A stretch of DNA of 64,000 bases. Source: Eledone cirrhosa (taxonomy: Eukaryota). Made by a program: the position numbers and the translations under genes. This document shows positions 1 to 12,300 of this stretch, one piece after another (within the stretch, counting starts at the first letter, position 1; every line of letters begins with the position of its first letter). The stretch lies in assembly GCA_964016885.1 (NCBI GenBank), contig OZ024740.1, positions 417,632,001 through 417,696,000 of the forward strand, given 5' to 3'. The notes under the pieces were generated by a model. That model did no database searches and was not told the origin of the DNA. It saw nothing but the letters and a program-made list of their open reading frames with translations.

Positions 1-3000
1 CATGTGGTTAGAATGTCTCAGGAAAGAGTCTCTGAATTGAGAGACCACAGCTCTGATACTACAGACATGGGTTTAGAATGTCTCAGGAAAGAACCTCTGA
101 AATAAGAGACCACAGCTCTGATATTACAGACATGTGTTTAGAATGTCTCAGGAAAGAATCTTCGAATTGAGAGACCACAGATCTGATATTACAGACATGT
201 GGTTAGAATGTCTCAGGAAAGAATCTCTGAATTGAGAGACCACAGCTCTGATATTACAGACATGTGGGTAGAATGTCTCAGGAAAGAACCTCTGAATTGA
301 GAGACCCCAGCTCTGATATTACAGACATGTGTCTAGAAAGTCTCAGGAAAGAGTCTCTGAATTCAGAGATCACAGCTCTGATATTACAGGCATGTGGCTA
401 GAATATCTCAGGAAAGAATCTCTGAATTGAGAGACCACAGCTCTGATACTACAGACATGTGGTTAGAATGTCTCAGGAAAGAATCTCTGAATTGAGAGAT
501 CACAGCTCTGATACTACAGACATGTGGTTAGAATGTCTCAGGAAAGAACCTCTGAATTGAGAGACGACAGCTCTGATATTACAGACATGAGGCTGGAATG
601 TCTCAGGAAAGAATCTCTGAATTGAGAGACCACAGCTCTGATATTACTAGACATGTGGTTAGAATATCTCAGGAAAGAATCTCTGAATTGAGAGACCACA
701 GCTCTGATACCTCAGACATGTGGTTAGAATGTCTCAAGAAAGAGTCTCTCAATTGAGAGACCACAGCTCTGATATTACAGACATGTGGCTAGAATGTCTC
801 AGGAAAGAGTCTCTGAATTGAGAGATCACAGCTCTGATGTTGAAGACATGTGGTTAGAATGTCTCAGGAAAGTGTCTCTGTATTGAGAGACCACAGGTCT
901 GATATTACAGACATGTGGTTAGAATGTCTCAGAAAAGAGTCTCTGAATTGAGAGACCACAGCTCTGATATTACAAACATGTCCCTAGAATGTCTCAGGAA
1001 AGAGTCTCTGAATTGAGAGATCACAGCTCTGATATTACAGACATGTGGGTAGAATGTCTCAGGAAAGACTCTCTCAATTGAGAGACCACAGCTCTGATAT
1101 TACAGACATGTGGGTAGAATGTCTCAGGAAAGAGTCTCTGAATTGAGAGACCCCAGCTCTGATATTACAGACATGTGGTTAGAATGTCTCAGGAAAGAGT
1201 CTCTGAATTGAGAGACCACAGCTCTGATATTACAAACATGTGGTTAGAATGTCTCAGGAAAGAGTCTCTGAATTGAGAGACCACAGCTCTGATATTACAA
1301 ACATGTGGTTAGAATGTCTCAGGAAAGAGTCTCTGAATTGAGAGACCACAGCTCTGATACTACGGACATGGGGTTAGAATGTCTCAGGAAAGAACCTCTG
1401 AAATAAGAGACCACAGCTCTGATATTACAGACATGTGGTTAGAATGTCTCAGGAAAGAATCTTCGAATTGAGAGACCACAGATCTGATATTACAGACATG
1501 TGGTTAGAATGTCTCAGGAAAGAATCTCTGAATTGAGAGACCCCAGCTCTGATATTACAGACATGTGTCTAGAATGTCTCAGGAAAGAGTCTCTGAATTC
1601 AGAGATCACAGCTCTGATATTACAGGCATGTGGCTAGAATATCTCAGGAAAGAATCTCTGAATTGAGAGACCACAGCTCTGATACTACAGACATGTGGTT
1701 AGAATGTCTCAGGAAATAATCTCTGAATTGAGAGATCACAGCTCTGATACTATAGACATGTGGTTAGAATGTCTCAGGAAAGAACCTCTGAATTGAGAGA
1801 CGACAGCTCTGATATTACAGAAATGAGGCTGGAATGTCTCAGGAAAGAATCTCTGAATTGAGAGATCACAGCTCTGATATTACTAGACATGTGGTTAGAA
1901 TGTCTCAGGAAAGTGTCTCTGAATTGAGAGACCACAGCTCTGATATTACAAACATGTAGTTAGAATGTCTCAGAAAAAAATCTTCGAATTGAGCGACCAC
2001 AGATCTGATATTACAGACATGTGGTTAGAATGTCTCAGGAACGAGTCTCTGAATTGAAAGATCACAATTCTGATGTTACAGACATGTGGTTAGAATGTCT
2101 CAGGAAAGAGTCTCTGAATTGAGAGATCACAGCTCTGATATTACAGACATGTGGTTAGAATGTCTCAGGAAAGAATCTCTGAATTGAGAGACCACAGCTC
2201 TGATATTACAGACATGTGGTTAGAATGTCTCAGGAAAGAATCTCTGAATTGAGAGACCACAGCTCTGATATTACAGACATGTGGGTAGAATGTCTCAGGA
2301 AAGAACCTCTGAATTGAGAGACCCCCAGCTCTGATATTACAGACATGTGGTTAGAATGTCTCAGGAATGAGTCTCTGAATTGATAGACCACAGCTCTGAT
2401 ATTACAGACATGTGGTTAGAATGTCTCAGGAAAGAATCTCTGAATTGAGAGACCACAGCTCTGATATTACAGACATGTGGTTAGAATGTCTTAGGAAAGA
2501 GTCTCTGAATTGAGAGACCACAGCTCTGATATTACAAACATGTGGTTAGAATGTCTCAGGAAAGAGTCTCTGAATTGAGAGACCACAGCTCTGATACTAC
2601 AGACATGGGGTTAGAATGTCTCAGGAAAGAACCTCTGAAATAAGAGACCACAGCTCTGATATTACAAACATGTGGTTAGAATGTCTCAGAAAAAAATCTT
2701 CGAATTGAGCGACCACAGATCTGATATTACAGACATGTGGATAGAATGTCTCAGGAACGAGTCACTGAATTGAAAGATCACAATTCTGATGTTACAGACA
2801 TGTGGTTAGAATGTCTCAGGAAAGAGTCTCTGAATTGAGAGATCACAGCTCTGATATTATAGACATGTGGTTAGAATGTCTCAGGAAATAGTCTCTGAAT
2901 TGAGAGACCACAGCTCTGATATTACAGACATGTGGTTAGAATGTCTCAGGAAAGAATCTCTGAATTGAGAGATCACAGCTCTGATATTACAGACATGTGG

Positions 3001-6000
3001 TTAGAATGTCTCAGGAAAGAATCTCTGAATTGAGAGATCACAGCTCTGATATTACAGACATGTGGTTAGAACGTCTCAGGAAAGAGTCTCTGAATTGAGA
3101 GACCACAGCTCTGATATTACAAACATGTGGTTAGAATGTCTCAGGAAAGAGTCTCTGAATTGAGAGACCACAGCTCTGATACTACGGACATGGGGTTAGA
3201 ATGTCTCAGGAAAGAATCTTCGAATTGAGAGACCACAGATCTGATATTACAGACATGTGGTTAGAATGTCTCAGGAAAGAATCTCTGAATTGAGAGACCA
3301 CAGCTCTGATATTACAGACATGTGGTTAGAATGTCTCAGGAAAGAATCTCTGAATTGAGAGACCACAGCTCTGATATTACAGACATGTGGGTAGAATGTC
3401 TCAGGAAAGAACCTCTGAATTGAGAGACCCCACCTCTGACATTACAGACTTGTGGTTAGAATGTCTCAGGAATGAGTCTCTGAATTGATAGACCACAGCT
3501 CTGATATTACAGACATGTGGTTAGAATGTCTCAGGAAAGAATCTCTGAATTGAGAGACCACAGCTCTGATATTACAGACATGTGGTTAGAATGTCTTAGG
3601 AAAGAGTCTCTGAATTGAGAGACCACAGCTCTGATATTACAAACATGTGGTTAGAATGTCTCAGGAAAGAGTCTCTGAATTGAGAGACCACAGCTCTGAT
3701 ACTACAGACATGGGGTTAGAATGTCTCAGGAAAGAACCTCTGAAATAAGAGACCACAGCTCTGATATTACAGACATGTGTTTAGAATGTCTCAGGAAAGA
3801 ATCTTCGAATTGAGAGACCACAGATCTGATATTACAGACATGTGGTTAGAATGTCTCAGGAAAGAATCTCTGAATTGAGAGACCACAGCTCTGATATTAC
3901 AGACATGTGGTTAGAATGTCTCAGGAAAGAATCTCTGAATTGAGAGACCACAGCTCTGATATTACAGACATGTGGGTAGAATGTCTCAGGAAAGAACCTC
4001 TGAATTGAGAGACCCCAGCTCTGATATTACAGACATGTGTCTAGAAAGTCTCAGGAAAGAGTCTCTGAATTCAGAGATCACAGCTCTGATATTACAGGCA
4101 TGTGGCTAGAATATCTCAGGAAAGAATCTCTGAATTGAGAGACCACAGCTCTGATACTACAGACATGTGGTTAGAATGTCTCAGGAAAGAATCTCTGAAT
4201 TGAGAGATCACAGCTCTGATACTACAGACATGTGGTTAGAATGTCTCAGGAAAGAACCTCTGAATTGAGAGACGACAGCTCTGATATTACAGACATGAGG
4301 CTGGAATGTCTCAGGAAAGAATCTCTGAATTGAGAGACCACAGCTCTGATATTACTAGACATGTGGTTAGAATATCTCAGGAAAGAATCTCTGAATTGAG
4401 AGACCACAGCTCTGATACCTCAGACATGTGGTTAGAATGTCTCAAGAAAGAGTCTCTCAATTGAGAGACCACAGCTCTGATATTACAGACATGTGGCTAG
4501 AATGTCTCAGGAAAGAGTCTCTGAATTGAGAGATCACAGCTCTGATGTTGAAGACATGTGGTTAGAATGTCTCAGGAAAGTGTCTCTGTATTGAGAGACC
4601 ACAGGTCTGATATTACAGACATGTGGTTAGAATGTCTCAGGAAAGAGTCTCTGAATTGAGAGATCACAGCTCTGATATTACAGACATGTGGGTAGAATGT
4701 CTCAGGAAAGACTCTCTCAATTGAGAGACCACAGCTCTGATATTACAGACATGTGGGTAGAATGTCTCAGGAAAGAGTCTCTGAATTGAGAGACCCCAGC
4801 TCTGATATTACAGACATGTGGTTAGAATGTCTCAGGAAAGAGTCTCTGAATTGAGAGACCACAGCTCTGATATTACAAACATGTGGTTAGAATGTCTCAG
4901 GAAAGAGTCTCTGAATTGAGAGACCACAGCTCTGATATTACAAACATGTGGTTAGAATGTCTCAGGAAAGAGTCTCTGAATTGAGAGACCACAGCTCTGA
5001 TACTACGGACATGGGGTTAGAATGTCTCAGGAAAGAACCTCTGAAATAAGAGACCACAGCTCTGATATTACAGACATGTGGTTAGAATGTCTCAGGAAAG
5101 AATCATCGAATTGAGAGACCACAGATCTGATAATACAGACATGTGGTTAGAATGTCTCAGGAAATAATCTCTGAATTGAGAGATCACAGCTCTGATACTA
5201 TAGACATGTGGTTAGAATATCTCAGGAAAGAACCTCTGAATTGAGAGACGACAGCTCTGATATTACAGAAATGAGGCTGGAATGTCTCAGGAAAGAATCT
5301 CTGAATTGAGAGATCACAGCTCTGATATTACTAGACATGTGGTTAGAATGTCTCAGGAAAGTGTCTCTGAATTGAGAGACCACAGCTCTGATATTACAAA
5401 CATGTGGTTAGAATGTCTCAGAAAAAAATCTTCAAATTGAGCGACCACAGATCTGATATTACAGACATGTGGTTAGAATGTCTCAGGAACGAGTCTCTGA
5501 ATTGAAAGATCACAATTCTGATGTTACAGACATGTGGTTAGAATGTCTCAGGAAAGAGTCTCTGAATTGAGAGATCACAGCTCTGATATTATAGACATGT
5601 GGTTAGAATGTCTCAGGAAATAGTCTCTGAATTGAGAGACCACAGCTCTGATATTACAGACATGTGGTTAGAATGTCTCAGGAAACAATCTCTGAATTGA
5701 GAGATCACAGCTCTGATATTACAGACATGTGGTTAGAATGTCTCAGGAAAGAATCTCTGAATTGAGAGATCACAGCTCTGATATTACAGACATGTGGTTA
5801 GAATGTCTCAGGAAAGAGTCTCTGAATTGAGAGACCACAGCTCTGATATTACAAACATGTGGTTAGAATGTCTCAGGAAAGAGTCTCTGAATTGAGAGAC
5901 CACAGCTCTGATACTACGGACATGTGGTTAGAATGTCTCAGGAAAGAATCTTCGAATTGAGAGACCACAGATCTGATATTACAAACATGTGGTTAGAATG

Positions 6001-6319
6001 TCTCAGGAAAGAATCTCTGAATTGAGAGACCACAGTTCTGATATTACAGACATGTGGTTAGAATGTCTCAGGAAAGAATCTCTGAATTGAGAGACCACAG
6101 CTCTGATATTACAGACATGTGGGTAGAATGTCTCAGGAAAGAACCTCTGAATTGAGAGACCCCCAGCTCTGATATTACAGACATGTGGTTAGAATGTCTC
6201 AGGAATGAGTCTCTGAATTGATAGACCACAGCTCTGATATTACAGACATGTGGTTAGAATGTCTCAGGAAAGAATCTCTGAATTGAGAGACCACAGCTCT
6301 GATATTACAGACATGTGTT

Positions 6320-9300
6320 TAGAATGTCTCAGGAAAGAATCTTCGAATTGAGAGACCACAGATCTGATATTACAGACATGTGGTTAGAATGTCTCAGGAA
6401 AGAATCTCTGAATTGAGAGACCACAGCTCTGATATTACAGACATGTGGTTAGAATGTCTCAGGAAAGAATCTCTGAATTGAGAGACCACAGCTCTGATAT
6501 TACAGACATGTGGGTAGAATGTCTCAGGAAAGAACCTCTGAATTGAGAGACCCCAGCTCTGATATTACAGACATGTGTCTAGAAAGTCTCAGGAAAGAGT
6601 CTCTGAATTCAGAGATCACAGCTCTGATATTACAGGCATGTGGCTAGAATATCTCAGGAAAGAATCTCTGAATTGAGAGACCACAGCTCTGATACTACAG
6701 ACATGTGGTTAGAATGTCTCAGGAAAGAATCTCTGAATTGAGAGATCACAGATCTGATACTACAGACATGTGGTTAGAATGTCTCAGGAAAGAACCTCTG
6801 AATTGAGAGACGACAGCTCTGATATTACAGACATGAGGCTGGAATGTCTCAGGAAAGAATCTCTGAATTGAGAGATCACAGCTCTGATATTACTAGACAT
6901 GTGGTTAGAATGTCTCAGGAAAGAATCTCTGAATTGAGAGACCACAGCTCTGATATTACAAACATGTGGTTAGAATGTCTCAGAAAAAAATCTTCGAATT
7001 GAGCGACCACAGATCTGATATTACAGACATGTGGATAGAATGTCTCAGGAAAGAATCTCTGAATTGAGAGACCACAGCACTGATACTACAGACATGTGGT
7101 TAGAATGTCTCAGGAAAGAGTCTCTGAATTGAAAGATCACAATTCTGATGCTACAGACATGTGGTTAGAATGTCTCAGGAAAGAGTCTCTGAATTGAGAG
7201 ATCACAGCTCTGATATTATAGACATGTGGTTAGAATGTCTCAGGAAATAGTCTCTGAATTGAGAGACCACAGCTCTGATATTACAGACATGTGGTTAGAA
7301 TGTCTCAGGAAAGAATCTCTGAATTGAGAGACCACAGCTCTGATATTACAGACATGTGACTAGAATATCTCAGGAAAGAATCTCCGAATTGAGAGACCAC
7401 AGCTCTGATATTACAGACATGTGGCTACAATGTCTCAGGAAAGAATCTCCGAATTGAGAGACCACAGCTCTGATATTACAGACATGTGGCTATAATGTCT
7501 CAGGAAAGAATCTCTGTATTGAGAGATCACAGCTCTGATATTACAGGCATGGGGCTAGAATGTCTCAGGAAAGAATCTCCGAATTGATAGATCACAGCTC
7601 TGATATTACAGACATGTGGATAGAATGTCTCAGGAAAGAATCTCAGAATTGAAAGACCACAGCTCTGATATTACAGACATGTGGTTAGAATGTCTCAGGA
7701 AAGAATCTCTGAATTGAGAGACCCCAGCTCTGACATTACAGACATGTGGTTAGAATGTCTCAGGAATGAGTCTCTGAATTGATAGACCACAGCTCTGATA
7801 TTACAGACATGTGGTTAGAATGTCTCAGGAAAGAATCTCTGAATTGAGAGACCACAGCTCTGATATTACAGACATGTGGTTAGAATGTCTTAGGAAAGAG
7901 TCTCTGAATTGAGAGACCACAGCTCTGATATTACAAACATGTGGTTAGAATGTCTCAGGAAAGAGTCTCTGAATTGAGAGACCACAGCTCTGATACTACA
8001 GACATGGGGTTAGAATGTCTCAGGAAAGAACCTCTGAAATAAGAGACCACAGCTCTGATATTACAGACATGTGTTTAGAATGTCTCAGGAAAGAATCTTC
8101 GAATTGAGAGACCACAGATCTGATATTACAGACATGTGGTTAGAATGTCTCAGGAAAGAATCTCTGAATTGAGAGACCACAGCTCTGATATTACAGACAT
8201 GTGGTTAGAATGTCTCAGGAAAGAATCTCTGAATTGAGAGACCACAGCTCTGATATTACAGACATGTGGGTAGAATGTCTCAGGAAAGAACCTCTGAATT
8301 GAGAGACCCCAGCTCTGATATTACAGACATGTGTCTAGAAAGTCTCAGGAAAGAGTCTCTGAATTCAGAGATCACAGCTCTGATATTACAGGCATGTGGC
8401 TAGAATATCTCAGGAAAGAATCTCTGAATTGAGAGACCACAGCTCTGATACTACAGACATGTGGTTAGAATGTCTCAGGAAAGAATCTCTGAATTGAGAG
8501 ATCACAGCTCTGATACTACAGACATGTGGTTAGAATGTCTCAGGAAAGAACCTCTGAATTGAGAGACGACAGCTCTGATATTACAGACATGAGGCTGGAA
8601 TGTCTCAGGAAAGAATCTCTGAATTGAGAGACCACAGCTCTGATATTACTAGACATGTGGTTAGAATATCTCAGGAAAGAATCTCTGAATTGAGAGACCA
8701 CAGCTCTGATACCTCAGACATGTGGTTAGAATGTCTCAAGAAAGAGTCTCTCAATTGAGAGACCACAGCTCTGATATTACAGACATGTGGCTAGAATGTC
8801 TCAGGAAAGAGTCTCTGAATTGAGAGATCACAGCTCTGATGTTGAAGACATGTGGTTAGAATGTCTCAGGAAAGTGTCTCTGTATTGAGAGACCACAGGT
8901 CTGATATTACAGACATGTGGTTAGAATGTCTCAGAAAAGAGTCTCTGAATTGAGAGACCACAGCTCTGATATTACAAACATGTCCCTAGAATGTCTCAGG
9001 AAAGAGTCTCTGAATTGAGAGATCACAGCACTGATATTACAGACATGTGGGTAGAATGTCTCAGGAAAGACTCTCTCAATTGAGAGACCACAGCTCTGAT
9101 ATTACAGACATGTGGGTAGAATGTCTCAGGAAAGAGTCTCTGAATTGAGAGACCCCAGCTCTGATATTACAGACATGTGGTTAGAATGTCTCAGGAAAGA
9201 GTCTCTGAATTGAGAGACCACAGCTCTGATATTACAAACATGTGGTTAGAATGTCTCAGGAAAGTGTCTCTGAATTGAGAGACCACAGCTCTGATATTAC

Positions 9301-12300
9301 AAACATGTGGTTAGAATGTCTCAGGAAAGAGTCTCTGAATTGAGAGACCACAGCTCTGATACTACGGACATGGGGTTAGAATGTCTCAGGAAAGAACCTC
9401 TGAAATAAGAGACCACAGCTCTGATATTACAGACATGTGGTTAGAATGTCTCAGGAAAGAATCTTCGAATTGAGAGACCACAGATCTGATATTACAGACA
9501 TGTGGTTAGAATGTCTCAGGAAAGAATCTCTGAATTGAGAGACCCCAGCTCTGATATTACAGACATGTGTCTAGAATGTCTCAGGAAAGAGTCTCTGAAT
9601 TCAGAGATCACAGCTCTGATATTACAGGCATGTGGCTAGAATATCTCAGGAAAGAATCTCTGAATTGAGAGACCACAGCTCTGATACTACAGACATGTGG
9701 TTAGAATGTCTCAGGAAATAATCTCTGAATTGAGAGATCACAGCTCTGATACTATAGACATGTGGTTAGAATGTCTCAGGAAAGAACCTCTGAATTGAGA
9801 GACGACAGCTCTGATATTACAGAAATGAGGCTGGAATGTCTCAGGAAAGAATCTCTGAATTGAGAGATCACAGCTCTGATATTACTAGACATGTGGTTAG
9901 AATGTCTCAGGAAAGTGTCTCTGAATTGAGAGACCACAGCTCTGATATTACAAACATGTGGTTAGAATGTCTCAGAAAAAAATCTTCGAATTGAGCGACC
10001 ACAGATCTGATATTACAGACATGTGGTTAGAATGTCTCAGGAACGAGTCTCTGAATTGAAAGATCACAATTCTGATGTTACAGACATGTGGTTAGAATGT
10101 CTCAGGAAAGAGTCTCTGAATTGAGAGATCACAGCTCTGATATTACAGACATGTGGTTAGAATGTCTCAGGAAAGAATCTCTGAATTGAGAGACCACAGC
10201 TCTGATATTACAGACATGTGGTTAGAATGTCTCAGGAAAGAATCTCTGAATTGAGAGACCACAGCTCTGATATTACAGACATGTGGGTAGAATGTCTCAG
10301 GAAAGAACCTCTGAATTGAGAGACCCCCAGCTCTGATATTACAGACATGTGGTTAGAATGTCTCAGGAATGAGTCTCTGAATTGATAGACCACAGCTCTG
10401 ATATTACAGACATGTGGTTAGAATGTCTCAGGAAAGAATCTCTGAATTGAGAGACCACAGCTCTGATATTACAGACATGTGGTTAGAATGTCTTAGGAAA
10501 GAGTCTCTGAATTGAGAGACCACAGCTCTGATATTACAAACATGTGGTTAGAATGTCTCAGGAAAGAGTCTCTGAATTGAGAGACCACAGCTCTGATACT
10601 ACAGACATGGGGTTAGAATGTCTCAGGAAAGAACCTCTGAAATAAGAGACCACAGCTCTGATATTACAAACATGTGGTTAGAATGTCTCAGAAAAAAATC
10701 TTCGAATTGAGCGACCACAGATCTGATATTACAGACATGTGGATAGAATGTCTCAGGAACGAGTCACTGAATTGAAAGATCACAATTCTGATGTTACAGA
10801 CATGTGGTTAGAATGTCTCAGGAAAGAGTCTCTGAATTGAGAGATCACAGCTCTGATATTATAGACATGTGGTTAGAATGTCTCAGGAATGAGTCTCTGA
10901 ATTGATAGACCACAGCTCTGATATTACAGACATGTGGTTAGAATGTCTCAGGAAAGAATCTCTGAATTGAGAGACCACAGCTCTGATATTACAGACATGT
11001 GGTTAGAATGTCTTAGGAAAGAGTCTCTGAATTGAGAGACCACAGCTCTGATATTACAAACATGTGGTTAGAATGTCTCAGGAAAGAGTCTCTGAATTGA
11101 GAGACCACAGCTCTGATACTACAGACATGGGGTTAGAATGTCTCAGGAAAGAACCTCTGAAATAAGAGACCACAGCTCTGATATTACAGACATGTGTTTA
11201 GAATGTCTCAGGAAAGAATCTTCGAATTGAGAGACCACAGATCTGATATTACAGACATGTGGTTAGAATGTCTCAGGAAAGAATCTCTGAATTGAGAGAC
11301 CACAGCTCTGATATTACAGACATGTGGTTAGAATGTCTCAGGAAAGAATCTCTGAATTGAGAGACCACAGCTCTGATATTACAGACATGTGGGTAGAATG
11401 TCTCAGGAAAGAACCTCTGAATTGAGAGACCCCAGCTCTGATATTACAGACATGTGTCTAGAAAGTCTCAGGAAAGAGTCTCTGAATTCAGAGATCACAG
11501 CTCTGATATTACAGGCATGTGGCTAGAATATCTCAGGAAAGAATCTCTGAATTGAGAGACCACAGCTCTGATACTACAGACATGTGGTTAGAATGTCTCA
11601 GGAAAGAATCTCTGAATTGAGAGATCACAGATCTGATACTACAGACATGTGGTTAGAATGTCTCAGGAAAGAGTCTCTGAATTGAGAGATCACAGCTCTG
11701 ATATTATAGACATGTGGTTAGAATGTCTCAGGAAATAGTCTCTGAATTGAGAGACCACAGCTCTGATATTACAGACATGTGGTTAGAATGTCTCAGGAAA
11801 GAATCTCTGAATTGAGAGATCACAGCTCTGATATTACAGACATGTGGTTAGAATGTCTCAGGAAAGAATCTCTGAATTGAGAGATCACAGCTCTGATATT
11901 ACAGACATGTGGTTAGAACGTCTCAGGAAAGAGTCTCTGAATTGAGAGACCACAGCTCTGAAATTACAAACATGTGGTTAGAATGTCTCAGGAAAGAGTC
12001 TCTGAATTGAGAGACCACAGCTCTGATACTACGGACATGGGGTTAGAATGTCTCAGGAAAGAATCTTCGAATTGAGAGACCACAGATCTGATATTACAGA
12101 CATGTGGTTAGAATGTCTCAGGAAAGAATCTCTGAATTGAGAGACCACAGCTCTGATATTACAGACATGTGGTTAGAATGTCTCAGGAAAGAATCTCTGA
12201 ATTGAGAGACCACAGCTCTGATATTACAGACATGTGGGTAGAATGTCTCAGGAAAGAACCTCTGAATTGAGAGACCCCAGCTCTGATATTACAGACATGT

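Noticed and set aside
1-6. E-box CATGTG in most monomers as a regulatory array
   Set aside because: A 6-bp match is expected by chance and is multiplied only by the tandem repetition; it is often mutated (CATGGG, CATGAG, CAAGTG) and there is no gene nearby.
4-60. tRNA or tRNA-derived SINE origin (GTGGT(T)AGAAT..GAGACC loosely recalls a tRNA D-arm region)
   Set aside because: No GTTCRA B-box or T-loop, no acceptor stem, and the spacing is wrong; the similarity is too short to support without a covariance-model search.
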